Source of the DNA: Spizellomyces punctatus DAOM BR117
Taxonomy: Eukaryota
Strand: one strand, 5' to 3'
Length of the DNA: 64,000 nt
Assembly: GCA_000182565.2 (NCBI GenBank)
Contig: KQ257457.1
Made by a program: the position numbers and the translations under genes
Shown: positions 22,143 to 36,200 of the stretch, in pieces
Layout of the letters: every line of letters begins with the position of its first letter
Numbering within the stretch: position 1 is the stretch's first letter
The notes under the pieces: model-generated
The model's database searches: none
What the model saw: the letters and a program-made list of their open reading frames with translations, nothing else
Told to the model about the DNA's origin: nothing

Positions 22143-23401
22143 TTGCGATAAACGATCAAAGAGGTTATATTATAGACAAGAGTAAAATAGCTGTGACAAC
22201 AAAGTGGAAACGCCGGCAGCAGGCAGCATGGCGGAACTCGGACGCAGCCAAATGAAAATGTTAAAGTGCCCTATCCTCACAGCGAAGCGCGAACAGCTCT
22301 GGCAACTTTCATCATCAACAACACGTGAGTTCATGTACCAGATTGTTGGTTTACTAGTGTGAGCTTGAAGATGCAACAAGTGATATCTCATGTCTCCATG
22401 CACTGTATTATGTGAACTTTGGTAAAAAGTCATATAACAAGTATCTTCAAATCAGTGCAAGATGTCACTTGGGGAACTTAAAGTCATTGTTTGAGTTATT
22501 GGAGGAATTATCATGGCACATTGAGGCACAATCAAAAGACATCTTCAAGTTATGCGCAATCCATTCCTGGAAGAGTTTGGGGCTCATGTCACTTTACTCT
22601 TCCTGCGATCAAATGACGCAGAATTCACTTGGATAGGAGAATGGCCAAACAGATCGATCTTCGTAAGAATTAGCTCAGAAAACTAACCAGTGTTCAAAAC
22701 ATATGCAACCCATTGTCCTTTTGGAGATACGTGGTTATTGCACCTTCATCCAAGAGATTCCAATCTTGAAATGAGTTTACATGGATGAGGGCTTTTTAGT
22801 TTAGAGGACATGTCTCCGCCCAGTGTTACATTCACTGATTTTCAATTAGACCATGGTCATGGTTTCCAATATCTTTGAAGCTGAGATGGTATAAAGACCA
22901 TGACTATTCCTCCAAGGGCCTATGACACCTTAGCCAGTCCTGATGGTGGCACTTGGTACCGATAAACCTAGGACTGCCCGTGTGCAGGCGGTCTCAGATG
23001 CAAACATGACCTGTAGAGTCCAGGGTACAGGCAAGGCAAGTGTATGATGTGATTCCAATCTCCAGAGCTTTAGCCTCATGTCTCTGCAGACCACTCTGAA
23101 AAAGGTGGGAGATCAGGATGCACACATAAGTGTGTCCTAGTGCAAGTGCATCGCATGCCAACAGCAATTACCGACGCCCTGAAGAGTACGATATCCACAG
23201 TGCTACGGGTAGCCCGTGATGGATCATCAACCAAAAAATACGAATGATAAGTTGGCACTGACATTCATTGTCGCCCACATACTATGATCACAAACCGCCT
23301 CTGTTCCGCAGCAACAAAATTAACGGACCACATGCGACTACGGTAAATATAATACAGGTGCAGTCCATCACCCCACGCATGACCCCTTAAAATTGAACCG
23401 C

Positions 23402-24445
23402 TTAACGAGAGGTAGCCTTGACCTTGGGTGCGGCACCCTTCACTTGTTGCTTGCTGAACTTGGGCTTGGGTTGCGCGGCGCGGGTAGAAGAGGACTGAAG
23501 TGAGAGTAAAATATTAGGTATACAGCTGGAAAATCAACTTCATTCCTCGGATGCAAACCTTGGCCTTCTCAACCTTCTTCTTCTGCTCGTCAGCTTGCTT
23601 CTTCTCCTTGGCTTGACGAAGGGCTTGTTGACGCTGTGCTGCACGGACCTCAGGCTTTTGGGCACGCTTGGCCTTGATGGCTTCCAAAGAGGCACCAACA
23701 ACAGCACGTTGGGCCTTGACGGTACGACGGGTCCTCTTCTTGGAGACCTCTTCAGTGATACCCTTCTTGTGGAGACGACGGAACACTACCGTCCAGTCAA
23801 GCTTGGAAGGCTTCAAGCGCTGCATGAAGTACGACTCGCACTTGCCGTTAATGAAACGGTAGGTCTAAAAAGTGGTGCCACCCGTTAATCATCCCGGGTC
23901 CCGAAGGAAATCAAGATCATCAAAACATACGCGGCTGTCGCCCTTCACGAAAACCTTCCCATGACCTGGGTAGATCTTGAACCCGGAGAAGTTGCAGAGC
24001 TCGATCCTGTTGTTGGCAACATCATGGATCAGTACCATTGCACACATCATGCTCCAAACATCTACCCAAAGTATAGCTCAGTAGTTCCATCTCCAACCAA
24101 TTTCCTCTCTCATCCCCTTGGTACAGCATGTCCGTACACCATTCGTTTACCGTCCGCTCGACTCCGTGCAAGATGAATCGTCCACGACATCCACCTCGAT
24201 GTACCCTACTAGTCGCCACAGCTCCAGTGCTCCAGCCATTGGGAAACTTGCGCTCGTGGACATCGTGCAAAGACCGTCCCCGGGCTATTCAACATGGGCC
24301 GCCATGTTCTACCGCCACCTCCACCATTCATCCCATCCATCATCCATCCATCCATCCGAAATCCCATCTGCATCCCCAAAAACCAATCGTCCTCGTCTCT
24401 ACACACGCAAACGCTGCCGCCCGCAAGAGAGATGACTTACTTCAT
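23402..24445 (-). CDS. RPL24: 60S ribosomal protein L24 (eL24)
   Basis: Exons 24445-24441, 24006-23931, 23864-23559, 23494-23402. [19 protein letters not shown]...[12 protein letters not shown]...[23 protein letters not shown]. Confidence 0.96.
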
Positions 24446-24783
24446 GATGGATGTGCAGAACGAAGCTGGTCGAACGTGTGCACGATTGCCAATGTCCCAA
24501 ACAGCACGCGCAGCAACTTCTCAAAGCGGAAGGACGAAAATGATCACATGACCTCAACACGATCATGCCCATGTAATCACTGTGCCGCCGCCGACTTGCG
24601 CGGACGAGGACGAGGACGATGACATTTGCTGCGATTCCTACTTGAGTTTTCTAGGAACATTCTTGTCAACAGTGGCATAACCTCGCCTTTTGTTTCCTTT
24701 CTGACGACTTGATTTCCGATAACTCATCGGCCCGTCCGCACACTGGACGCGTTTGGAAAGATTGCCTCGCTGCATCCAGGGCA

Positions 24784-27700
24784 ATGGTGAACATTGCTAC
24801 AACAGTGAAAGGGCAGACTTCGTCACGACCGCAAAGTGCAATTTATAGCAGGGAGAGTGAAAGTGAAGACCTCCACGGAAAGATACTGCCGCATGAAAGA
24901 GCTCGCACACTCGTACAAACGGACAACAATAGGTTAGTTCATCAGGCCGTGGGAGAGTGTAAACAAATGAATGGGCATGTGCTCAAGCTTTGCGGTTGGG
25001 CGAGCTAGTATAGCAAGACATAGAGAATAGAAGGTTGTGGAAAACCTTTGTTGAAACCTAGCTAATGTCATACTTACTTGCAGAGATGTTGGCCGTCCAT
25101 CCAAAACCCGCTCGCTCTATGATCACCCGCCCCTTGGCCCTAATGAGGAGAAGAAGAGGGAGGCAAAAAAGCGCACCTCAATAGCATCCCCGTCACTAGA
25201 ACATACATCAGAGTCGAAAGGTGGGAAGTCTGCAACGCACCAACCTCCGGCGACTCGAAGTTCTTTAGCCAAGCATCGTCTCTCTGCCCCGCCGGCGGCC
25301 GAGCCGTCCCCGCAGATAGCAGGGATTGAGTCTGATCTACCTCCCGAAACGTTAGAAAGCGCAACAGAGGCTCGATTGAGAAATTTAACAATTGACACGC
25401 AATCAATAGTTTCTTCCATGAGATCATTTTCGGCTAGCGCCACGTCCACCTTGCGGAGTGAATCAGGATCGTCGCGAGCGAGTCTTTCGTCAGACGATAT
25501 AATTTATATTGTCTCTAGTGACTCCTTGGAGAATTCTGTGGTTTCTGATACATCGGACATGCGGGAATCGCCAGATGCTGTTAATGCTATGATTGCCATA
25601 GATGGCTCATCGCCTGTATCGAATGACGTCAGCCCGGCTTCCCCGATTGTTGATACAAAAAAGCGCGAAAATATTGCCCGAGAGATACTTGACAGCGAGC
25701 GACGCTATGTGGACAGTCTCCTGTTATTGCAAACGGTAGGTCTTTGTCCGGCTCTTCAGAGAGATTGCATTCTCACTTGAGACCGTCATCGCCGCAGCTT
25801 TTCCTGAATCCTCTAATGGCAGCAGTTGGTACAACATCTGAGGTTATCCCTAAAAAAATTGTTCAGAGTATTTTCTCTGAGCTGGCCGGAATCATCAATG
25901 TGAATATGGAATTGAGAAAGCAGCTTGAAGCTCGACTCGAGGAGCATCCATGGAACCCCGTAGACGGCTGCCTAGGCGACATTTTCCTGAATTTGGTACG
26001 ATTCGCGAACGTCTGAGTGGCCCCATACAAGTGTGATTGTGACAATGGTTCCTACAGGCACCCTTCTTGAAGATGTATTCTTCGTACGTCAAGAACTTCA
26101 ACACTGCACTGTCAGTCGTGTCGGAGCAGATAAGCAAAAATCCCGCATTTGCTCAGTTTGTAACGGTATGTATTCAAAATGGACAAATTATGTCTTCCTG
26201 TCGAACTCACAAAACTAGATAGAAACAAAACGCCAATCCTGATCTCAAAGGGCTTGGATTTCAAGCTTATCTCATCATGCCCGTCCAGAGAATTCCACGG
26301 TAAGCACTTTTCCAAGTTGAATAATTGCATGAGCTAATATAATTGTCTTCGACCAGATATAAAATGCTTGTGGAGGTTTGGTGGTTACCGGTTTTGTCAC
26401 AACGCATACTGGTAGTAGCTGATAGTCACTCTGTAGGACTTACTGAAACACACCGAAGTTGATCACCCTGACCACTCCACCTTGCAAAAATCCCTCGAAA
26501 CTATTGCCGAAGGTTGGTTCTGGTTCGCGATCGCTCGCATTTCCACTTCGCTTAGATCCAATGCCTTCGTAGTTGCGGTTTTCGTAAACGAAACAATCCG
26601 GCATCATGAAATGATGCAGGAACTTATTGAGATGCAAAAGTGTATTCGCGGTCTGCAAGAAGTAGGTACAGATGTGAATTTTCCGATTAGAATTCAAGAG
26701 CTGAGTCACCTGTACATTACAGGACCTGGTAACCCCTGGTCGACGGCTGATACGTCGGGGCAAAGTACAAAAGGTATATGTTTATGCAATTGGGTAAATG
26801 TGAGCACGGCAATTCATGTGCTTGGTGCTAGATATGCCGCAGAAGACACCAAACCCGATACCTTATTCTTCTGTCCGATTTCTTGATTTATACCAGGTCA
26901 GTCTCCGTTTATCTCATACTGTTGGCCCAAAATTGTATGATTAATTTCTCTTTTTCACCAGTCCCGGTATTCTGGAGGATCAATACGTATTCCATCGAAA
27001 GCTAGACCTAGAGCTATGTCAAGTCATTGACGTTCCCGACACCCAAGGTATAAAGGAGGTTTTGCAACGTGTATTAAAAATATTCTCGCTAAGCCAATAT
27101 GGTTTAGATCTTCAGCACATATTTCAGATTGTCAGCCCCGAAAAATCTTTTGCAATGTATGCAGGTAAGACGTCGTTTTCGTTTACATCAGATCAATAAT
27201 ATCATCAAACTAAAAAAAAAAAATTATACATGCAAGACTCGCAACAGGAAAAGGAGGACTGGATTAAAGCTATTGATGGAGCCATCCGGGAACTGAGAAG
27301 CAACAAGAGTACTCTCCGAAGTGGTAAGCATCATTTGCGGCATCGAAACATATGACACGTACCAAGGATAATTCAACAACAGAACATGGAGACAACTGGT
27401 ATGCAAATGAGAAGAAGAAAAAGATGCATCATTACAGTGCACCAGTTTGGGTATGTTTGCCAATTTTGCTCCCGTTCACGAACAGCTATAGCCTGACGTT
27501 CTTACCTGCATTGTTCAGGTACCAGACAATTGTGCCAACAGCTGTATGCTCTGCTCCCAAGAATTCAACATCATCAAACGAAAGGTATAACCCCTGTCCT
27601 TTCTCTGGGTCTTACGTATGTCTTTGGTACTGAATTGTATACACAGCATCATTGCAGGTACATGGACATTACCAATGAAGGGCGTTGGTATTCCTATTAA

Positions 27701-28443
27701 CAGACTTTCACCACAGAGCGTGCGGCAAGGTCGTCTGTCATGCCTGTTCAAGTCGGGTACATATCTTATATTTCGCTACACTCGTTGGTTCGGTTCGCTA
27801 ACGGTTTGCCTTAAAGTATTTCATCATCCCAGGGCTCGACGAAGATAGACCTGCGCGAGCATGCAATCCATGCTATGACCGCATCTCTAAAGAGGGAAAA
27901 CTTCAAGTGGTGCAGGCAGACCAAGGCAGCGAGTCGCCCATGACCCCTGCTGATGCCAATATCAACGTACCTCTTCCTCGACCGAGACAGATGCCACGAC
28001 GGGTGCGTCCTGTCTCTATGGCCCCTCAAGTTTGGAGCATGCTCGGACGCAACTTTGTTGAGGATCCATCGACGTTCAGAGACCCGGTGACACCCCAACG
28101 ACCTGGAAGCGAGATTGGCGTGGCCAACTCGCCACTCGCGGCTGCAAGAGAATGTTCACTTTGTAAAGATCCCTTCTCGATTATGAAGTGGAAGGTAGGT
28201 AGAATTTGGTCTGCGTAGATCGTGTTAAGTATTCACCCATGGTTCCTTAAGTACCAATGCTCAAAATGCGATCGCATCGTATGTGGCGGATGTGCCCCTA
28301 AAAAACCACAATTTGATGTATGTGACCCATGCCATCGAGGAATCGACCCTTCTGACGTTGTGGTAGATGAAGAAGGGGGAGGTTGGAGCGCCCGTTATGT
28401 CCCAGACGACGAAACTGTTGAGGAGACACCAGCGATACTATGA
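24784..28443 (+). CDS. DH-PH-FYVE RhoGEF (FGD/Don1-like) with a second, degenerate FYVE-like zinc finger
   Basis: DH: KRENIAREILDSERRYVDSL...APFLKMYSSYVKNF...[81 protein letters not shown]...RACNPC. Second finger: CSLC..YQCSKCDRIVCGGC..CDPC. Many short exons; exon 1 (24784-24931) is inferred. Confidence 0.88.
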
Positions 28444-28687
28444 TACGACTTTTACGACATTTAAATACCCCCAGAATCATCATTTCCTGAAGCGCTAATG
28501 CTCGCATATGTAGATAGTAAATCGTAGAGTTTCAAATAAATAGAAGGACTGTAAAACCGTGCTGTATCTGCGTTGGATAAAATGGATCGGCCACTCTCTA
28601 GAATCATAATAACGGCAAAAAAGTGATAAAAAAAGAGAAGATTGTGCTGAAGACTCCTATTATTTATACAACGCCCACAGATACCCT

Positions 28688-29627
28688 TTACGCCTTGACT
28701 GCGTACCTAGTGATGATAAAAGACTTCTATTAGCAGTAGCCCCAATTAGCAACTGGAATCAGTATTACATACTTGCGGAGAGGGAAGTGAGTTTCCCGCT
28801 TCTGCTGCCTCACAGTCTTACGGGTAGCCTCGAAAGCAGTCAAACGGCGACGAATAGCACGGGTCTTCTTGGGGCGGAGGTCCAAAGGAATGTACTTCTT
28901 GCCTTTGTAGAAAATGCGGAGTTGGTCGCGCTGGGTCTGGCTGATGACGGTGTTCACACGGGCAATGGACTTCCGCACATCGTGGCTGAATAAGGAGAAA
29001 CGATTCCACTAGTCAGTAACTTGCAATGCATCCACGCATTCCGTAGCTACCATGTCCACCACCAGCATAGCCATAGTTCGGGGAAGCACCCACTGCCTGC
29101 CTCGTCTCCTTACACCCGTCAAACCATGTCTTATTCCAAATCGCCCTATTCGCCTAGTGACACTTGTCGTCCACCTCGCAATAATTCTGATCTCGACAAT
29201 TTCTTTCGATTGCGCTTTGTCCAACTCTGTTCCTCCTCTCGCCCTAATCTACTACCCACAACCGAAAATAATGCTTACATCTTTGCCAACTTTGATGCAG
29301 CACCACCGGCAACCTTTTGGACACGGAGTGAAGCGAGCTCCTGCTTCAGCTCGTCCAGCTGCTTCGTCAAGTCAGCCTTGGTTTTGTTCCGGAGCTCGTA
29401 GGTCTTGACCTTAGCCTACGTACAATAAGAAGCGGGTAGTCAGCTTTTGTCGAAACATACGGTAGGTGCCCAAGGATCAAATGTCCGTAATGCCATGTTC
29501 CCCAACCCTCCTTCCGACATGCTCATTCGCTCCAACTCATCCCTCCACTCAAACGTCCCATCCACATCAATCATTGCCTCTACAAATCGACGGTTGGATG
29601 GATGGATGGATTCCGTTTACTTACCAT
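28688..29627 (-). CDS. RPL35: 60S ribosomal protein L35 (uL29)
   Basis: ATG-only exon 29627-29625, then 29415-29279, 28985-28773, 28706-28688. [34 protein letters not shown]...VRKSIARV...[17 protein letters not shown]...FPLRKYAVKA. Confidence 0.96.
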
Positions 29628-29935
29628 TGCTGCTTTACTCTCCTGATTACACGCAAAGGGTAAGCAGAAATACGAGTACTGGGGGATTAATTCTTTCCAC
29701 CGCCTGCTGTTGGACAAAGTCGATCTGCGAGGCCCTCCAAAAATGCGCTTAGTATCTCACGTGATATGAGCGACTAAGCACAGGTCGGGATTCAAGCAAC
29801 TGCATCTCACCTCAGCGCCAGGCATTTCCAAAAGGCCACCACCATCTTGAAAAACTCTCAAGGAATTAGGAACTAGCAGCTGAACAGCGGGGGCAATACG
29901 GGCTCATTGACCCAAGGAAGGGAGCATCACACATC

Positions 29936-32059
29936 ATGGTGCAGGTAATTTTCGAACGTTCTTGGCTTGTCTGCATTCCAGTATTGTTTACATTGGTGTT
30001 ACAACGCCTAGGCCATGGGCGCTGGTCGGAGCGCAGGTTCGCAACAACCACTTTTCTGCTAAATGATGATGATACTGATATCTTCTCAGATGTAACTCCT
30101 CCTCCAGCGCTCATCTTGCACCTCTACCCGACTCATTTTGCTTTAGGAGACTATGTAGGCCACGCGTGCGATATATTGCACCGACTTGACCATTCACCAG
30201 TTTGTTGCTTGCTTTATCTAGGATACAACATATCAATACAATGGACCTTTGAAGGTCAGATCCATATATCTGGAAGTTGGTGAATGGGACATATCAATCT
30301 GATTCTCGTTCGATGTGATAGGATTTCCTAGAGGCAGTCAACAGACAAGAACTTCCAGCAAACGCATCGGATTTGTTTAAAGAGTCTGATTTTCATGATG
30401 GTGCGTTCGTTCTCAAGCACCCATAGTCTGTCATCTGTTTATATAATATGTTGACTTGAATTGCAAATATAGGTCGGATATACGTCCAAGTCCGCGATTA
30501 CCGTGTCAATTATCATGCAAATGTCCAATTATCAGAGAGAAGTTTATCCAAAGATATGTTGACATCACCAAGCGACACTGGGAAGAGCTTTTCGGGAACG
30601 GCAACACCGGACATCAGAACGTTGGTCTTACGCCCGACACCAGCCTCTCTGTGGGCAGATATTCAGTCTCTCAGTGCCACTGCAATACCTTCTGGGCCTC
30701 CGCTGGCAGAAGATACTGCACTTGAAGCAGAGGCCAAAATTTTGGTGCGCCTTTATGACTGTGAAATGGAACGCTGATAGCGTGGACGCTTACATTGTCC
30801 ATAGGTGGCGACTCAGGAGCCGTTATGCCTAGACCCTGATCCAACAGTTGCTCGGACAGCAAATATCAAGGCATACAATGACGCAAAGTATCGTGTCCCA
30901 AGAAAGCGACCGAGAAATTGGGCCGCAAAGGAAGAAGATGATGAGCAGAAGAGGGAAAGCGATAGACTGATGTTGATCATGGATGAGGTATGCTTCTATG
31001 GATGTATCCTTTGCTATTGTGTGATTCAGTATTGATCGGTGTTTTGACTTCGCAGCGACGAAAGGGTGAATTTCATCCAAAGTACGTAACTGTCGCAATT
31101 TGGTGTGAGCCGCGGAATGACCTCATGTCATTGTTCCTGCAGGTTTGCAAAGTTTTCCTTTGTTGAAGATTGGAGAAAGAAGAAAGCCGCATTTGATGCA
31201 GAAGCCTTGCTTACCATTCAAGAAAAGCGAAACATTAAAGGTGATCATTTTGTAGCATAGGCATCCGGTACTCGCTCGTTCTAAACCCCTTTCTTCGATA
31301 GTGCCCACAAAGAAGACACAGGATACTCGTTTCCACCTGAATTCCGACGCAGGAACAATTGTGCGAACCCTGAACTTTCAGCAGACTTATGAACGGATTG
31401 GGGGTAATTTCAAACCGATTTTTCAAAATCCGTTTACGATTCAATATCTAACTTGCCCATAGTAACGATGTACACAACTCTAAACATACATTCCATGGGG
31501 GGCGGCCAATATTCTTGTACGCTGCGATGGGGTCAGACACCTGGCACTGGGATCGGTAAAGGTAACCTGCGAGGCAATACCTTGAGGTACGTTTACACAC
31601 AAGACTTTAGGAAATCGGACACTTTGTTAATGTCGTTATGATAGATTTCCTTTGGGAAATCTGGCCGCTGCCTGGTGGTATATTCAACAATTCAAAATCC
31701 ACTACACTCTGTCTAATAAGCTTATTGAGGATATTGACTCTTCAATGCAAAGGGCAGCAGGTACGTCCCTACACCGCAACAACCTGTATGCTCGCGTCTT
31801 GTTCACTGATTTCTATCACGTAGTGCAACCAATAGGAGTTTCGCAAGCTCAGGGTGTCACTGCTACCATTGCGCCACAACTTATGAACGGCACAACAGCA
31901 ATACACCCTATACAGCTACAGCAACTTCAGCACCAACAACAAGCTGCTTCCCAACTGCTACATCATCCACATGCAGCAGCGCTTGGTCGTGGAGTAATAC
32001 GCGGCAACGTTAGAGGGAAGTTCCGCGGGATGAGGGGTAGAGGCGCCCCAAGTAAATAG
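29936..32059 (+). CDS. SPT20: Spt20-like SAGA complex subunit (multi-exon; 5' end uncertain)
   Basis: LILHLYPTHF..YNGPLKDFLEAV..FHDG.IYVQVRDYR..LVLRPTPASLWADI..EAKILVATQEPLCLDP..MLIMDER..F.PKF matches the fungal Spt20 (SEP) pattern as I recall it. Q-rich and RG-rich C-terminus. Confidence 0.75.
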
Positions 32060-32120
32060 AGGGCACAAATTTGCCACGGAGGTCGAACGTTGGTCGCAAA
32101 AGCGTCGCAAATTGTACATA

Positions 32121-33042
32121 TCATAGATTGAGTATTGGTGCAGATTGGTAAATTGGTATTTCGGTAGATGGGCTTTTTGACGTTTGCAGCACTGCTGCCA
32201 GTAAAGCTTCAGGGCATGGCGTGCCGGCCTCGGCAGATACTTTTACTTGCTCGTCTTGCAGCCGGCGACTTGTCGTGGGCCCAATAGATGCACATCGCAC
32301 CTTGCTCCACCATGTCATTTCTCTCAGACTTGCAAGGGCCACGTCAACACCCGACGGGCTGAAAAACACCACCCAATCGATATCAGTGTCTCTGGAACAG
32401 CCTGCGATTTGGGCAGCTAACACGGCTTCAAAATCCGGCAAAGGACCCGTCCGATATACCATAACCTTTTCCAAAGGAATATTCGCGGCGGACAGACGTT
32501 GCGGAAGAACATCTCTGGCTTTATCACCAGCCAAGAAAAGCAATGGTGCAGAAGGACGGCCTTCGTTAATTATGATATCCGAAAGTACGTCAGCCGTTCC
32601 CGCACACTCGCCTACAGGCTTAAATCCTGCGTCGCGTGCTGCGGCACCAGTTGCTTTACCCACTACATAGAAAGGTTTGTTACGCCAATTTCCGCCCGCG
32701 GTTTGCTCGAAATCTGCAAAAGGAACGCATTTAACGGTTCAAGAAAGTTACTAAATCGCTCAGTGCACATTCAAATCAACCTTTTACAGTATCTACTGCT
32801 CGACCCCAGCATATCTTCAACGCTTCGAGTGCTCTCTTACTAGTGGCAATGAACCCTCCATATTCATGTTCTCTTTCTGTCAGAATGACAGTCAGTTCGT
32901 CCAAGTTCGTGCAGACATGCCCCAGTACTGGAACAAATATACATTGAAACCCGCTAGCGGCAAATAGAGTTTCATATGCATTTTGGACGTTCTCGGCATC
33001 TTCGTCGGATCTTCCCCGACAAAATAGGATGGTTGGGGTCAT
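32121..33042 (-). CDS. HEM4: Uroporphyrinogen-III synthase
   Basis: Exons 33042-32781 and 32713-32121. YGGFIATSKRALEAL, FYVVGKATG, LLFLAGDKARDVLPQRL, VYRT, VFFSPSGV, SIGPTT. Confidence 0.92.
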
Positions 33043-33249
33043 CCCTCATTTGTAGGGTTGAATGGTTGAGGGTTGCATCGTCTGGTTGATCTGGTTAGGT
33101 ACTAAGCCGTTTCGTCATTGCTTACATAAGAAGTTCGGTGCCCACCGATCAGGATCTTTCCTCTTGACTGCTCTTGCACCGTGCAGGCGGATAGCTCAGC
33201 ATTTGTGGCGAACCTGATAACATCCGAATACTTAAAGCGAATATTGCCT

Positions 33250-36200
33250 ATGGCTCTCTTCCGGCCGACATTCGATGATGCGGTTGTTGAGCCACTTCTT
33301 CCGGACCCTGACCCGTCGTGTCCTTTAGATGAACCATGGGAGGGATCTTTTCGCTATGTGCGCAATGAACTCATCAACTACGTTCGCACATTGATCTGCA
33401 ATTCGGTGGTTGTGCCAGTAAAGGTTAGTCGAAAGGATTTGTTGAAAGGGTTAAGCAGCATCATTGACAGGTTTCCTTTTTTCTGCGACCAGCTCTCGCA
33501 CATTTTGAGGTCTACTGAGAAGGCGGAGGAAATCACTCGGAATGTCATTGAACGTGCAGGACGAGCCTCTGTGTAAGGAAAATCTGAAAACCATTTGCTA
33601 TACGATCGTGCTCTGAAGCGGCTTCACATTAGATATGTCACATTACTTGTATGCAAACAATTCCGGACGGAAGCAAAGTCGGATCACGTCAACCGCACAC
33701 TGGTATGACGTGGCCCTTGTAATATCAGGTCATTTAGCTTATCTTTATTTCATAGTTGGAATCCCGGGGAACGTACGCGGAAGTTCTCGCCATCTTGCTT
33801 CTTGCCCAACACAGCAGTGACAGCCTCGATATCCTAAAGGAGGTAAGACTTCAGGTAAAGGAATTGTATATCTTTTGTGAATAAATGTTATCAATGTCGC
33901 GCATCGTTACCCCCACAAAATGTGCCTGCGTTGAACTCTCTCTCCTGCTTTAGATTCTCACCTGCCAATGGGACGAGGGAAGACGGTCGGATGAACCTAT
34001 CGAAAATGGCACGCATTGATCTCTGATCCTTTCTTTCAAAGTATGGTCACTGACTCGTCAAGTTTAGCTCTCACAGTAGCAATTGAAGCCCGGGCAACGC
34101 ATTTCATTTCGGATGGTAGAGTCAACAACACCTTGATGGCAATGTATGCTTATAGTCAGTGGGGATGGCAGTTTACTGAATTTTGCCGCTAACAACGAAA
34201 CGATCAGTTGGCGTGGAAGCTACGTTTACGACTCACGTCTGACCCAAGGATTACAACGATACCCGAGTCGTATACAAGCGCGGCAAATGACTGAAGGACG
34301 CGAAGAGAGAGGGCACGAGGGAGGAAAGCTTCAATTTAGGTGGTGGAAGCTGAGAGTGCCACGTTACCAGTAAGCCATCATCATTTTATTCAGCTTTCGT
34401 GAACCTCTTGTTGACAATAACTGTTGATAAGGTACTACACGTCCGTCTTTATTTACTTTATCTTCTTGGGATTGTACACCGTGGTTGTTAACGGGCGGAC
34501 GATTACACCTGCGCCGGCAGAGATTGCAATGTATATAATGGTGTTCTCCTTTTTAGGTTGGTTTTATTCTTGCAAAAGTCTTATCTGACGTGCCCTAACG
34601 TTATTGTCAATGCAGCTGAGGACGTGAAGAGCGTAAGACCTGTTCATTCCCTATGACCATGATTTCGAGTAATGACAAAATGTGATTCTTTGTAGATTTT
34701 CTTAGCTCACCGTCGATTTGATGCACTGGGCATGTGGAATTGGTGAGTCGAAACTCTTTCCATTACGTCCTCGTTTGACATTACGCATCTGATACACCAT
34801 AATGGATTTCATATAGGATTGACTATGTGTCTTACTTTATTTTTATCGTGGCATTCACCTTTCGCTTGCTGTCATATATGGAACCAAACCAAGAGCGACA
34901 ACGGGAGCTCACTGATATTGGTAAATAGAGTGACCGATTGTTGACTTTCTCCATTTTCTAACTTGATGTCGGTAGCCTTCAACATTCTATCCTGTTCGGC
35001 GGTTTTCGTCTGGTTCCGGACTTTGGAACTCTTGGGTATGAGTTTGACGTTTGCTTTAAAACAATTGGGTATGCTGACCAGACGTACATTTGGTAGACAC
35101 ATTCCGTAATTTTGGCTATCTCCTTGTTACCGTTCGGTAGGCGTCGCTAGATGTCGATTTCCGTTGCACGGATCACCAAATTTTCGATTCACAGACGAAT
35201 GCTTCAAGATGCATTGCATTTCTTTGCACTGATTGCTATTTTGATACTCGGATTCACCCAAGCCTTCCACGGGCTAGCTCTTGGATACGGCGGGGGAAAG
35301 CCTTTAGAAGATCCTGATAGGTCATCTCGAGCAAATCTGCCTTTCATACTTAATATGCTGGGGAGAAGTCTGATGTCGGTAAGCTTTCAAGAATTAGAGT
35401 GTTTAGGAGGGAGCTATATGGCTCAAGTGGACTCTGTAGGATCCCGCGTACGATGAAGCTGGGTATATTCACAAATTCTATGGCACAATTTTGATGCATA
35501 TCTTTTTGTTTATTTCGTAAGTGCGTTTGTAGTACTCACAATAGCTGTGTAGTACTACGACGCTAATTTGGCTTTGGTATTTTCAGATACCTTGTCTTCA
35601 TGAATTTGCTGATAGCTGTATTTAACAACTCGTACGACGAGGTCCGAGAGAAAAGCGAGGTACAGTTGATAGCCAATCACAGCCTCAATTTACGCTGGCA
35701 GGTCCACCAGGGTTACTGATTATTTCCATAGGCAGAGTACCAAATACTCTTGGCTGAAAAAATTCTGGAGCACATTCAGCGTTCATATGAAGTTCCATTC
35801 TTGCCTCCAGCGAACCTGATTGAACTCATTTTCCTACCTGGCCTACCAGTGATTGGCAAAACGCGCGGGCGCGTAGCCCTGGAATACATTTGCGCCGCAT
35901 TGTTTATTCCTGAAATGTTGGCGATTGGGGTCTACGAATATTTTTGTCCTCCTCAGATAAGCGACCGAATGCAGCCCTTGACACAAACCAACGTGGCTTT
36001 TGAGACGTGGCGGTTAGACATTGAGGTTCTAGGCGAGCGAAGTGGCGGAGGGGATGTTGGTGATGGTGTTGAGGCGGCGCATGCAAAGGCAGTTGATCCC
36101 CGGCGCCGGTTGTCAGCAGCGGACAACGGCAGAGCACCCAAGGATGCCATGGATAGGATTTTGAAGGCAGTAGATGGACTTGACAAAAGAATTGCTAGGC

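Noticed and set aside
24007-24440. Intronic snoRNA in the long RPL24 intron (and the RPL35 introns)
   Set aside because: I could not find properly spaced C/D or H/ACA boxes with terminal stems by eye. An Infernal/snoscan run would settle it.
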